The position numbers and the translations under genes are program-made. Positions 41,541 to 54,759 of a stretch of DNA of 64,000 nt are shown here, one piece after another. The DNA is taken from the NCBI GenBank assembly GCA_965235115.1, contig OZ249436.1, positions 34,846,001 through 34,910,000 on the forward strand, in the 5' to 3' direction. Below the pieces are notes generated by a model. The model did not search any database. It saw only the letters and a program-made list of their open reading frames with translations, and was not told the DNA's origin. Within the stretch, counting starts at the first letter, position 1. Every line of letters begins with the position of its first letter. This DNA comes from Laetmonice hystrix. Taxonomy: Eukaryota.

Positions 41541-44049
41541 TATCGATATTTATGTTAAGCTGAACCAATAAAATGAGGTGAATTTTTTTGTAAAATATAC
41601 AACATATACATGTACAGCGGTTTCACTTTGACATAGGCCTAATGGTTACGAGCCTAAATGGGGCCATTTCGGTTAACCCGAATTTTCGGTTAACCCAAAC
41701 TTTTTTCAATTTCCCCAAAAGTTCGGGTTAAGTGGAACTAACTGTAATTAGAATTCTGGCCCCACCGCACTCTCGGGAACCAATATCCTGTCACGTATTT
41801 CGTCACCTCAAGGCTGGAGACCAATATCCTGTCTCTAGACAGGCCAGCTTACAGTTGAGAACGACATCCTACCACCAACCGGTCAAAGGGGCCTCGATTT
41901 CCGGTCTCTTTAATCGCGTCACATTCTAGGTGGACCGGTAATGGGAGTTGTAGTGTTCACATTTCGTGCGACTTGAGAGGATCACTTGAAACGATGTCTG
42001 TAATATCCTGACCTATAACTATGGGTGATTGTTCTCCTTATGTCGTCTTGGCCAAAGTGAACGTGGCCATCCAGGGGCACAGACTTGAGATGGTGGGATG
42101 TAAAATGCCGTCATAAACCGCGGGAACAAAGCCTGTTCCATTACCACTACAAGTAATGTAGATAAAGTAATATATTGTAAATGGAGCGAAATGATACTTT
42201 GATTATCTTTTGGTCGCAATATTCCTGTCTGAGCCGTGAGCTGACTACAGTTAGGTACATTTTACTCTGCTGGTGCTGCCTCTGAAATGGTTGACGTTGA
42301 CGTGTGTCTTTTTATTACTTTTATAAATTGGAAACTTTTATCAAAATATTGTCACATCGACCTTTTGTCGGTGTTTATGTTTGAACCTAAAAACCAAAAG
42401 GCGTTCTGGAGGAGCAGGGCACGTTAGAGATGTTGCGGCCTGTGCCGAATTACGCCAGACAGCAAAGGGCTAATAAAAAGAAATGGTGACTTGCGTATGG
42501 ACCATTAGGCTGAATGGAAAGCTGAGGCCTGGAGGACGGCTCAACAGACAGGGTTTTAATAGCGCTGTCGTGAAAGGCAAAGGAATCCCCGAAAGCCGTA
42601 GATCAGCTGGAAATATCGCGATAGACGGCGGGGTATTACGAGAGGTCAACACAATCCGTGACCCTGAGATTTGAGACGACTAGATCACGTGGCGATCTCA
42701 CCCCGTCATCCACCCGGCCAATGTGTAGGCCCCTAATGCCGATAAAAGCCGACGTCGTGTTTCAGCCTCGTAACGGCTGGTGCCAGAGGCCCGAATCTAT
42801 GGAAATATCGCACAGCTCTTCTTCCAGATTGCCCGAAAAGACGGTAGTCCTAACTCGCTGTAGATAGTCGTGTACATACTTGTGGCAGGGGCGCCCCGCT
42901 GAAAGGGGCGGGGGTTGGTAATAGGGCAAGAGATCATGGGGTGATATTATTTCTGTGGTATCTCTGACCGTAGTATTGCATTCCCACGAAAGGCAGCGCA
43001 TCTAAATAGGCGCTAAAGGTTGCCTGACACTGCGAGACACGGGGGAAATCTTGGCAATAGTCAAGAATTAATGTCCGCGCTGTGGTGGTCAGCCAATCCG
43101 AAAACCTTTTGGGCTGCCGACACTGAGGACAGAAAGTGATGTGGCGGTCGGTGGCCTTAGACACAACTCCAATCTGCCGTAGCCTTGGGCCGGCATCGAT
43201 TGCTGAGAGGGAATGGATCTTAGAGGTACATGTGTAATTGTGAGCCATCGATCTGGACAGAACCAAACACAATACGAAGCCCTGGGGGAGCGGGCGGTCG
43301 CTTGGCTGTGTTTAAATACATATGGGGGATGTCGGAGGGGGCAGGTCCGGCCCAGCGTCGAGGGTCGCGCAAACACAGCTCGGTCGGCATAGGGTTCACA
43401 CAAGTGCATCTTTACAGCCACTGATCTCAGCGTTCAGACCACGTCGGAATGTCTTCTTTCATAGGATTGGTTTTTTTAAATCATGTGTTTTTCTTAAAGA
43501 GGATGGAGCCATTTTGAGGGCATCACTGAAGAAGAAATCAAGGCACTGCGATGACAGTGCATGCGCAGTCGACTGCTGTACGTCTATACGAACTATTTGT
43601 CATGGAAAACGGAAGCAATGAGCAAGTGCCTTCGATTTACGTGTACATGTATTTAGAAAAAAGGGGAGACGATTGAAATTCATATTCAACGTGGTATACA
43701 TTGCAGACATTTTCACTACAGGACCTTGACAGTATAGGCCCATGCTGCTCGAGGAAAACGTGCGCTTGGAACGTTTTGAGAAAGTATTACATACACGTAT
43801 AGGCAGGGGCGGAACTATACACTCCACCATTCTTGCTCTCATTACACGGTGCGAGAACCAGTGGCGGGCCTACAGGTTGCAAGTTGTAACTTAGAGAGTT
43901 TCTGGTGTGCAAACCCTCATAGAATCTATACATTGACACATCATAATGTAAATGATTTCTCCTACATTTTGACATCAGACTGTTATAGTTTCAAGGGCTT
44001 AAAGGGATTGTCTCAACTGCGGGATCGACCGGAAACTTCAGATATAATG

Positions 44050-47000
44050 CTCACATCTTTTATTTTACGTAATAAACGACACCTATGTTTTTCATTTCCT
44101 TTATTTTATCCTGACTCGACGTCAGCGTTACAGCGTCATCTGCCAGCTTACACAATGGTCGATCATCTACAGATATTATTAATTAACTAAGGTGATATTA
44201 ATAAAGACATCACCGTTAAACATTCACAAACATATACACATGGCTTGTTGACATTGTAAGATAAGACATAGAAATACAGGGAAGATGGGTACAAATGCTT
44301 ATCCTGTCCTATGTACATCGTATCACTGACTTATAATTGAAGCCACTGGAAAGTTTGGAAAGTTAAGGCTAACTTGTGTAGTTGCGGCCAATTTACCGGA
44401 AAGGAGTTTGAGTTACGGCTATCTGCGAGGGGAAACGGGATCTCAAAGGTTGCCTGCAATCTGGGTATCTTGTGATTGAGGGGTATTATTGTTGCTCCTG
44501 TGATCCGCCAGAGCGAACAACAGCAGCCGTACGTTATATCAGAACACTGATGGCACTAGTTTAATGTCACCTCCTGATTGAATTCTAACCACGGACGGTA
44601 CGTGGCATGCTTTAAATATTACAACAAAAGTGTTAATAAGTTTGACAGGAGGATTCCTCACTGATATGTTTTCCTATATACATGAGCCAGATCCCGGCGG
44701 TAGGTGTTAGCGGAGAGTGTCGGTGGCGCCGTCCTCCAGTGTATAGACATGGTATTCCACCGGCTCCACTGTCACCCAATTCATCTCAATCACAACATCA
44801 CGCCACCATACGGGTAGTACTTAGGTAGTCAGTCCACGGGCTCCTAACACAAAGAGAGACAGAGAGGGGCGAGAAAATGTCTGCTCGCACCGCTCAATCA
44901 TAGAGAGGGAAGCTGCCGTCTCACTCAGGAGATGTCTTCCTATATGGCTTGCTGAAACATGCATGCAGGAGCGGGGACCTGTACAACGACAGTCCTGCTC
45001 CTTGAACTGTGATATATAGAACTAGCCTATATTTCTTAATTTATATCTTGAGTATAGGATCTTAAGTTTAAACACTTACTCGCCGGAGTTCATTTTGTTA
45101 TTAATGAACATCACTGATGCGATGATACGGTATTCCAATAATAAAAATAACTCTAAGAAAGACAACGAAAGGTCGATGCAGTAGAAACAGCACAAGTTTA
45201 TTATGCATACATATCCCTGGATGTAGCCTATGAGAATGAGCAAAATGGCAAACCTGCAGCCATGGATGATTTTGTTCTCGATGCAACATCGTTACCCGGA
45301 AGGTTTGCCGTTTTGTCCCTCCCCATTTGCAATATTCTCCTAATTCGCAAGGGGAATATTTCATACAGGAGAAAGCTTGTCTGTCGTCCGTAAACATGTG
45401 AGTCGCCTGCTTCAGAGGCCTTATTACATGTACTACTAACTACTAACTCACAGTCTGAGAATTGTTGCCCATCACGGTGCGCCTCAAGTTAAAATATTTA
45501 AGTGCACCAAACACATTCTCTTTAGTATTCTGCAGCGTTAATACATGCGTTGGTTCACTGATGCTCTGTAACTGGCAAGGTTTTCAAAACAACGCGCACA
45601 AACTGACATTAGGCGTTGAACACCAGTTATACACGACGGTTTGTCGCTATGACAACGGACGTCGTGCAACAATCTGTCCATGGGAAAACCTTGGATATTC
45701 TCGTCGGTCAGTTTTCCAACTGCAGTCTCCACTGTGTCATAAACGAACTGACGGTACCGGAAATTCATTACTAAAGTAATTTAGATAAAGAATGGTCAGA
45801 TGCTATTATTAGTAGGCCTATATAGGATGTTTTTATGGCCACGATTTACAGCTAAAAATCAGTGAATGGAGTGAGTATAGGCGCGAGTCCTTGAAATAGC
45901 TGTGAACTTTCATTCGTTTGAGGACGATGATGACCCTGGCTGTGCGGGAGGGGGGGGGGGGGGGGGCAGGGGGTGACCAACCAAACGATGTCCACTCAAA
46001 CGAATTTGAGTAGCACTGCCCTTTTCCATCCGTTGGTCGCCGTGTAGAACGGCCTTTGATGTTGTACGCTCTTTGATCATTCAATGAACGCTTGAGGGAA
46101 CATGTACACCCAGACAGGGCGACGGGCCAGCTAGAGTACGTGCTTCTAAACGTCAACAGGGTTTAATGTAGGGGCCTATGCCGGGAGAATAATACATTTT
46201 ACTAATTCAAAAAAAGTGGTTCATAGAACGATACGTATGTATGTACCGATAGATCTACGTCCATTTCTTTCTGTGACTTGTTGATTGGGTACACCTGACT
46301 GTAATGATAATTTCGGAATAAAACAGTTTGTGCAGTCGGCTTTTCGATTTTAGACTCTATATATAGGCCTAACTCACTAGGGAAAAAGAGAACGCATCGC
46401 AACGTCGCTTTTCCCCCCATTTACGTAGAAAGCACAAATGGGAAGTACCCCTGGCCAAGGTCAGCGCCTTGCCTGATCACCTGATCACACGTACCAGCCT
46501 ACTGGTAAACCCCTCCCAGTGGGGGCTATTTCACGCTGCCGGTCCGAATTTGTGACGTTGTGTGGCGGCAGACGATAAGACCTCGGCATCACCTTACGTC
46601 AAGCGTCTGTAAACGTGACTGAATGGGTGGCGGTCTGTGGAGAGCGAACACTTGGTCCTCCTGACGTGGAACAGGGACGGTTTCTAAGGAGTATAGAATT
46701 GAGTGTGAATGCGTGTGCTTTGGTCTGGAAACGACGTGAGAGTAGCTGTTGTCCGACGTAAAAAATGCGTGACACAGAGTAGGTCTAAATGTAATGATGT
46801 GGATGATATATTATGCTGGTGCCTTGCTGGTGCCTGATTAAATGCGCCAGTGCATGGTTGAAATGTTTGGTTCAAGTTTGGAAGTCTGCTTTTTAAGTAA
46901 ACTTCCAGGCCTAAGTGTTGGAGAAAAATGCTAACATGGGATGGTCTACGACAGTTAACCACGAGGTAACCGCCCATGGTAATTATACTCTGAATTATTC

Positions 47001-47278
47001 AGTCTGGTCCACATTCGCATCGAGGACACCAAACCCAGCGGCCCACGAACTGATCAGTCAGGCGAACACTTTGTCTTCCTGTTTTGCCGCTGTCTTTATT
47101 CATGCCAGGGCCTCTCGACATCCGTCTTCTTGACAGTCAACACGAGGCTAATCAGATCTCGGCTTACGTTCGCCGTGTTACCTGCGCAGGCAGCCAGGCC
47201 CGCCTCCTGGCGGCGCACGGGCGTACTGGCAGGCGGACAGCACGCCTCAATCAGCAGCTCGATACCCGCCGCTGTTGT
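44050..47278 (-). other. Candidate spliced transcript (lncRNA or small-ORF gene). Putative exons 47278-47182, 46660-46598, 45152-45080, 44843-~44050
   Basis: Three polypyrimidine-AG acceptors (plus one weak acceptor at 47279) and GTAA donors, all on the minus strand. AATAAA on the minus strand near 44060 and 44100. No recognisable protein. Confidence 0.3.
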
Positions 47279-48248
47279 CTACAGGCCACCACTGATTAGC
47301 ATGTATAGGAAGGGGCAGGCCAACTCTAACTCACTGATCCTAATTGGTAAACTGTGTAGAAACCCTGCCGAGGTCATGATGATCGTGTTATACAGGGGAA
47401 TGGAGAGGTGGTCCTGATCCTGGGTGGGCGGTAGCTGCATGGTGCAGCCTTTAATATAGCCTAGTGCTCTTCTTTTCTTTTAAATTCCATTTAAATGTTT
47501 TCATTAGCACATAATTCTCTTAATGCTCCGGTATTTTGGTAATAATAAAATTATTACGATAGATTATGTTGAATCTTTCGAAAACCCTCCGACACATACA
47601 TTTTTATTTTTAAGTAATATTTTGGGACGGCTATAAAAGTCACAGCTTAATTTATTTGTCGTCTACCTGCGCACAATTAAAAATTCGAGATGTGGTATCC
47701 CTTCTCCTAATTTTTGCCTTGCTTCGCTGAACGAAATCATAATCTCTTTTCTAATAGAATGAGAGAGAAATCTATGAATTCTGCATGCTGCTGTTATAAA
47801 ACCATGCACATAGGTTCAGTTATACACACGATTATTATCACGGAAAGAGACCCCTGGTATATTAGCCGACAGCGCTATATAATTTAGATGCAACACTCCA
47901 TTCTGTATATATACGCACTGTTAATGGCATGTAACATGCAGATGTTTTGAACAGAAGTGGCCGCCCTGAATACGACGACTTGCCGACCGAGGGCCCGATC
48001 TCATCCAACCCCTTGACCCGCTGCACGGGGGCGCGCGCCTTCCAGATTTCTCACGCAGAGCATGCCATCTTAAAGCCCAGTAAATCCCCATTATCCTCCC
48101 TAGCTATCTTCAAAGCTAATTGCCCCTGATATTTCTAGGTGAAAAGATTTCTAAACGGTAAAGTTCCTGCCCCATTATACTGTTTCGGCCTCAGGACGGA
48201 GATCAATGGCGGTTTCAGGACCCACTCGTCTGAACCCCTGCAAGCGCT

Positions 48249-48290
48249 CTCCCTCTGTCTCTGTCTCTGTCTTTGTCTCTCCCTCTCTCT

Positions 48291-48335
<45 letters not shown>
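48249..48335. repeat. (CT)n / CTGTCT microsatellite
   Basis: Seen directly. Confidence 0.9.
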
Positions 48336-48338
<3 letters not shown>

Positions 48339-48695
48339 CCATATGTATAGGCTATTGGACGAGGCAGAAGCAGCCTAGCGCCTTCAAGACATCGTTTTGT
48401 GTTTTGTCCCAGTACCAATCAATGTTCTATAATTACGTTTGGGACACACTCCAAGTCCCATATCCCTCTGACCGGCGGATCCAAACGGTTTGGGAGATAC
48501 TAGAATCCGCATCTGTCTGAGACCCTTAGCAGGTGGTCATGCCTACAGAGAGATGTGTCTGTACCTCTGCGGATTGAAGACCAAACTCTGCAAGGGAGTT
48601 GAATTAAATAAAGTGCTATTTCATAGATTTCCCGCAGGGGTTGATCCGTGCTAGGAATCGTTTTTTTAAAAGTGGCATTACACCCCTACCTGGCC

Positions 48696-51470
48696 GATGT
48701 CTGTGTATCGGACCCACAAATTGTAATGTCCGCTTTTGATATAGGATGTCTGTGTATCGGACCCACAGATTGTAATGACCTCTCAAAATGTGATGTCTGT
48801 GTATCGGGCCTACAGATTGTAATGACCTCCCGCGACAGGATGTCTGTGTATCGGTCCTCCAGATTCTATAATGTGATGTTGTGTATCGGTCCTACAGATT
48901 ATAATGTGCTGTCTGTGTATCGGTCCCACAGATTATAATGTGCTGTCTGTGTATCGGTCCCACAGATTATAATGTGATGTCTGTGTATCGGTCCCACAGA
49001 TTATAATGTGATGTCTGTGTATCGGTCCCACAGATTATAATGTGATGTCTGTGTATCGGTCCCACAGATTATAATGTGATGTCTGTGTATCGGTCCCACA
49101 GATTATAATGTGATGTCTGTGTATCGGTCACTACAGATTATAATGTGATGTCTGTGTATCGGTCCCACAGATTATAATGTGATGTCTGTGTATCGGTCCC
49201 ACAGATTATAATGTGATGTCTGTGTATCGGTCCCACAGATTATAATGTGATGTCTGTGTATCGGTCCCACAGATTATAATGTGATGTCTGTGTATCGGTC
49301 CCACAGATTATAATGTGATGTCTGTGTATCGGTCCCACAGATTATAATGTGATGTCTGTGTATCGGTCCCACAGATTATAATGTGATGTCTGTGTATCGG
49401 TCCCACAGATTATAATGTGATGTCTGTGTATCGGTCACTACAGATTATAATGTGATGTCTGTGTATCGGTCACTACAGATTATAATGTGATGTCTGTGTA
49501 TCGGTCACTACAGATTATAATGTGATGTCTGTGTATCGGTCACTACAGATTATAATGTGATGTCTGTGTATCGGTCACTACAGATTATAATGTGATGTCT
49601 GTGTATCGGTCACTACAGATTATAATGTGATGTCTGTGTATCGGTCCCACAGATTATAATGTGATGTCTGTGTATCGGTCCCACAGATTATAATGTGATG
49701 TCTGTGTATCGGTCACTACAGATTATAATGTGATGTCTGTGTATCGGTCACTACAGCTTATAATGTGATGTCTGTGTATCGGTCACTACAGATTATAATG
49801 TGATGTCTGTGTATCGGTCCCACAGATTATAATGTGATGTCTGTGTATCGGTCCCACAGATTATAATGTGATGTCTGTGTATCGGTCCCACAGATTATAA
49901 TGTGATGTCTGTGTATCGGTCCCACAGATTATAATGTGATGTCTGTGTATCGGTCCCACAGATTATAATGTGATGTCTGTGTATCGGTCCCACAGATTAT
50001 AATGTGATGTCTGTGTATCGGTCCCACAGATTATAATGTGATGTCTGTGTATCGGTCCCACAGATTATAATGTGATGTCTGTGTATCGGTCCCACAGATT
50101 ATAATGTGATGTCTGTGTATCGGTCCCACAGATTATAATGTGATGTCTGTGTATCGGTCCCACAGATTATAATGTGATGTCTGTGTATCGGTCCCACAGA
50201 TTATAATGTGATGTCTGTGTATCGGTCCCACAGATTATAATGTGATGTCTGTGTATCGGTCCCACAGATTATAATGTGATGTCTGTGTATCGGTCACTAC
50301 AGATTATAATGTGATGTCTGTGTATCGGTCACTACAGATTATAATGTGATGTCTGTGTATCGGTCACTACAGATTATAATGTGATGTCTGTGTATCGGTC
50401 ACTACAGATTATAATGTGATGTCTGTGTATCGGTCACTACAGATTATAATGTGATGTCTGTGTATCGGTCACTACAGATTATAATGTGATGTCTGTGTAT
50501 CGGTCCCACAGATTATAATGTGATGTCTGTGTATCGGTCCCACAGATTATAATGTGATGTCTGTGTATCGGTCACTACAGATTATAATGTGATGTCTGTG
50601 TATCGGTCACTACAGATTATAATGTGATGTCTGTGTATCGGTCACTACAGATTATAATGTGATGTCTGTGTATCGTTCCCACAGATTATAATGTGATGTC
50701 TGTGTATCGGTCCCACAGATTATAATGTGATGTCTGTGTATCGGTCACTACAGATTATAATGTGATGTCTGTGTATCGGTCACTACAGATTATAATGTGA
50801 TGTCTGTGTATCGGTCACTACAGATTATAATGTGATGTCTGTGTATCGGTCACTACAGATTATAATGTGATGTCTGTGTATCGGTCACTACAGATTATAA
50901 TGTGATGTCTGTGTATCGGTCACTACAGATTATAATGTGATGTCTGTGTATCGGTCACTACAGATTATAATGTGATGTCTGTGTATCGGTCCCACAGATT
51001 ATAATGTGATGTCTGTGTATCGGTCCCACAGATTATAATGTGATGTCTGTGTATCGGTCACTACAGATTATAATGTGATGTCTGTGTATCGGTCCCACAG
51101 ATTATAATGTGATGTCTGTGTATCGGTCCCACAGATTATAATGTGATGTCTGTGTATCGGTCCCACAGATTATAATGTGATGTCTGTGTATCGGTCCCAC
51201 AGATTATAATGTGATGTCTGTGTATCGGTCACTACAGATTATAATGTAATGTCTGTGTATCGGTCACTACAGATTATAATGTGATGTCTGTGTATCGGTC
51301 ACTACAGATTATAATGTGATGTCTGTGTATCGGTCACTACAGATTATAATGTGATGTCTGTGTATCGGTCCCACAGATTATAATGTGATGTCTGTGTATC
51401 GGTCACTACAGATTATAATGTGATATTTGTGGATCGGTTCTACATATTATAATGTGATGTGATGTATCTG
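48696..51470. repeat. Satellite array, 34/35-bp unit (~75 copies), preceded by a few longer degenerate units
   Basis: Unit gatgtctgtgtatcggt(cc/cact)acagattataatgt. Confidence 0.97.
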
Positions 51471-51479
51471 GACCCACAC

Positions 51480-53632
51480 TGAGATTGTAATGACCTCCCG
51501 TGATAGGATGTGTGTGTATCGGGTCCACAGATTGTAATGACCTCCCGTGACGGGATGAGTGTGTATCGGGTCCACAGATTGTAATGACCTCCCGTGATAT
51601 AGGATGAGTGTGTATCGGGTCCACAGATTGTAATGACCTCCCGTGATAGGATGTGTGTGTATCGGGTCCACAGATTGTAATGACCTCCCGTGACGGGATG
51701 AGTGTGTATCGGGTCCACAGATTGTAATGACCTCCCGTGATAGGATGTGTGTGTATCGGGTCCACAGATTGTAATGACCTCCCGTGATGGGATGAGTGTG
51801 TATCGGGTCCACAGATTGTAATGACCTCCCGTGATAGGATGTGTGTGTATCGGGTCCACAGATTGTAATGACCTCCCGTGACGGGATGAGTGTGTATCGG
51901 GTCCACAGATTGTAATGACCTCCCGTGATATAGGATGAGTGTGTATCGGGTCCACAGATTGTAATGACCTCCCGTGATATAGGATGAGTGTGTATCGGGT
52001 CCACAGATTGTAATGACCTCCCGTGATATAGGATGAGTGTGTATCGGGTCCACAGATTGTAATGACCTCCCGTGATGGGATGAGTGTGTATCGGGTCCAC
52101 AGATTGTAATGACCTCCCGTGATATAGGATGAGTGTGTATCGGGTCCACAGATTGTAATGACCTCCCGTGATAGGATGAGTGTGTATCGGGTCCACAGAT
52201 TGTAATGACCTCCCGTGATGGGATGAGTGTGTATCGGGTCCACAGATTGTAATGACCTCCCGTGATGGGATGAGTGTGTATCGGGTCCACAGATTGTAAT
52301 GACCTCCCGTGATATAGGATGAGTGTGTATCGGGTCCACAGATTGTAATGACCTCCCGTGATAGGATGAGTGTGTATCGGGTCCACAGATTGTAATGACC
52401 TCCCGTGATATAGGATGAGTGTGTATCGGGTCCACAGATTGTAATGACCTCCCGTGATATAGGATGAGTGTGTATCGGGTCCACAGATTGTAATGACCTC
52501 CCGTGATATAGGATGAGTGTGTATCGGGTCCACAGATTGTAATGACCTCCCGTGATAGGATGAGTGTGTATCGGGTCCACAGATTGTAATGACCTCCCGT
52601 GACGGGATGAGTGTGTATCGGGTCCACAGATTGTAATGACCTCCCGTGATAGGATGAGTGTGTATCGGGTCCACAGATTGTAATGACCTCCCGTGATATA
52701 GGATGAGTGTGTATCGGGTCCACAGATTGTAATGACCTCCCGTGATGGGATGAGTGTGTATCGGGTCCACAGATTGTAATGACCTCCCGTGATAGGATGA
52801 GTGTGTATCGGGTCCACAGATTGTAATGACCTCCCGTGACGGGATGAGTGTGTATCGGGTCCACAGATTGTAATGACCTCCCGTGATGGGATGAGTGTGT
52901 ATCGGGTCCACAGATTGTAATGACCTCCCGTGACGGGATGAGTGTGTATCGGGTCCACAGATTGTAATGACCTCCCGTGATGGGATGAGTGTGTATCGGG
53001 TCCACAGATTGTAATGACCTCCCGTGATGGGATGAGTGTGTATCGGGTCCACAGATTGTAATGACCTCCCGTGATGGGATGAGTGTGTATCGGGTCCACA
53101 GATTGTAATGACCTCCCGTGATAGGATGAGTGTGTATCGGGTCCACAGATTGTAATGACCTCCCGTAATGAGTGTGTATCGGGTCCACAGATTGTAATGA
53201 CCTCCCGTGATAGGATGAGTGTGTATCAGGTCCACAGATTGTAATGACCTCCCGTGATATAGGATGAGTGTGTATCGGGTCCACAGATTGTAATGACCTC
53301 CCGTGACGGGATGAGTGTGTATCGGACCCACAGATTGTAATGACCTCCCGTGATATAGGATGAGTGTGTATCGGGTCCACAGATTGTAATGACCTCCCGT
53401 GATGGGATGATTGTGTATCGGGTCCACAGATTGTAATGACCTCCCGTGATGAGTGTGTATCGGGTCCACAGATTGTAATGACCTCCCGTGATATAGGATG
53501 AGTGTGTATCGGGTCCACAGATTGTAATGACCTCCCGTGATAGGATGATTGTGTATCGGGTCCACAGATTGTAATGACCTCCCGTGATGGGATGAGTGTG
53601 TATCGGGTCCACAGATTGTAATGACCTCCCCG
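51480..53632. repeat. Satellite array, 47/49-bp unit (~45 copies), related to the 34-bp array
   Basis: Unit cagattgtaatgacctcccgtga(ta/tata/tg/cg)ggatgagtgtgtatcgggtcca. Confidence 0.97.
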
Positions 53633-53855
53633 AAAGAGTTGTCTAATTCCTCTCGGGTTTCCCACCGATCCCAACTGCCGTTTCGATGGCGCTGTTATAG
53701 GTCCACGTCCTATGGACGGTACAGGTTCAATATCCTATAGATGTGTTAATCGTTCCGCGACGTGGCTCGTCGTCTTTATTAGTTTGTCCTTCATGTCATG
53801 CCTGACTGGTTTCAGCCGCGGCATATAGGATTAACGTAAAATGGACCTTTGTGAC

Positions 53856-54759
53856 CAGTGGCTTAGCTACAAAATTTGCCAAGGGGTGCAAAGATATGAA
53901 ATTTTCCTAAAAGCAGTAAATGTTGATGACTACGTCTGTTTTTTAATGCGAAAATGAAGGAAAAAACGAAAAAAAACCAACGAATCATGCACCTAATAGT
54001 TCTAATAGATCCGCGAAACAATGCTATTGCATTAGAGTAAAACCTAGTAAATTAAAGGGATCATCTCACCCGCCGGATAGGCCGGAGTCTTCAGATTTAT
54101 GCTCACCTCCTCCTCACTACGGACGTACCTTATGGTACTGAATGTTTTTCATATTGATTCTGTTAACACCTTATGAGTAGATAGCTCTGTGGAATTATCC
54201 CTGGTGGTGGAAAATGACCCAAAAAAAACTAGCTGGAGTGCACGCTAACCTGATGAATGTCGCCGTTTTGGCATTTCGCCGAATCGTTTGAACTTTGTGT
54301 TGTCGTGGTGTAGATTTGAAGTCTGAACTTTGTGTTGTCGTGGTGTAGATTTGAAGTCTATTTTCGTAAGTACAAATAATTTGCATAGCAGTGTGCGTAT
54401 TATAAAAAACAACTCCCGAGGTCTCGGAAGCCAAGTAGGTCATTTTCAGTGACTGAAATAAGATTTGGCGACTTTTCGAATGTATTTTACATAATACCCG
54501 CCAAGTTCACAACGAAAGGTAGGGGAGCTTTGGATCATATCGGAGAACCCAATGCAGAGATATTTTTTTATGAAACGCTACGCATGACTCGAAATTCGTG
54601 AGACAACCCCTTTAAGGCGGCATATGCAATAAGTTTCTTTTTCCAAGCTCAGTTTCCCGACCGTGGAATTGCAGATTTCCCTGAGAAATTCCCCCAAACT
54701 TTCCCAAAATACTACTGGGGGGACAGTCTGCCCCACTGCCCCCGGTAGCTACGCCACTG
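53856..54759. mobile_element. hAT-type non-autonomous element
   Basis: TIRs CAGTGGCTTAGCTAC / GTAGCTACGCCACTG. Perfect 8-bp TSD TTTGTGAC. Confidence 0.85.
54056..54611. mobile_element. Kolobok-like MITE nested in the hAT element
   Basis: TTAA TSD. TIRs AGGGATCATCTCAC / GTGAGACAACCCCT. Internal 35-bp tandem duplication at ~54289-54359. Confidence 0.7.

Larger units (their letters stand above)
40323..41744 (+). mobile_element. Internally deleted Tigger/pogo (Tc1-mariner superfamily) element
   Basis: TIR CAGTT(G/A)GTTCCACTTAACCCGAACT at both ends, TA TSD, and TTAACCCGAA subterminal repeats. Confidence 0.9.

Noticed and set aside
48413..48612. Possible plus-strand terminal exon (good acceptor, AATAAA at 48607; one frame ends ...GSKRFGRY*, RFamide-like)
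   Set aside because: No upstream exons or signal peptide found, and the motif is too short to exceed chance.
48696..53632. CRISPR-like appearance of 34-47-bp repeats
   Set aside because: Units are head-to-tail with no unique spacers, there are no cas genes, and the context is eukaryotic.
51406..53674. Three overlapping 550-744 aa minus-strand ORFs
   Set aside because: They are translations of a 47/49-bp satellite whose units are not multiples of 3. All frames cycle through the same peptide, which is not coding behaviour.
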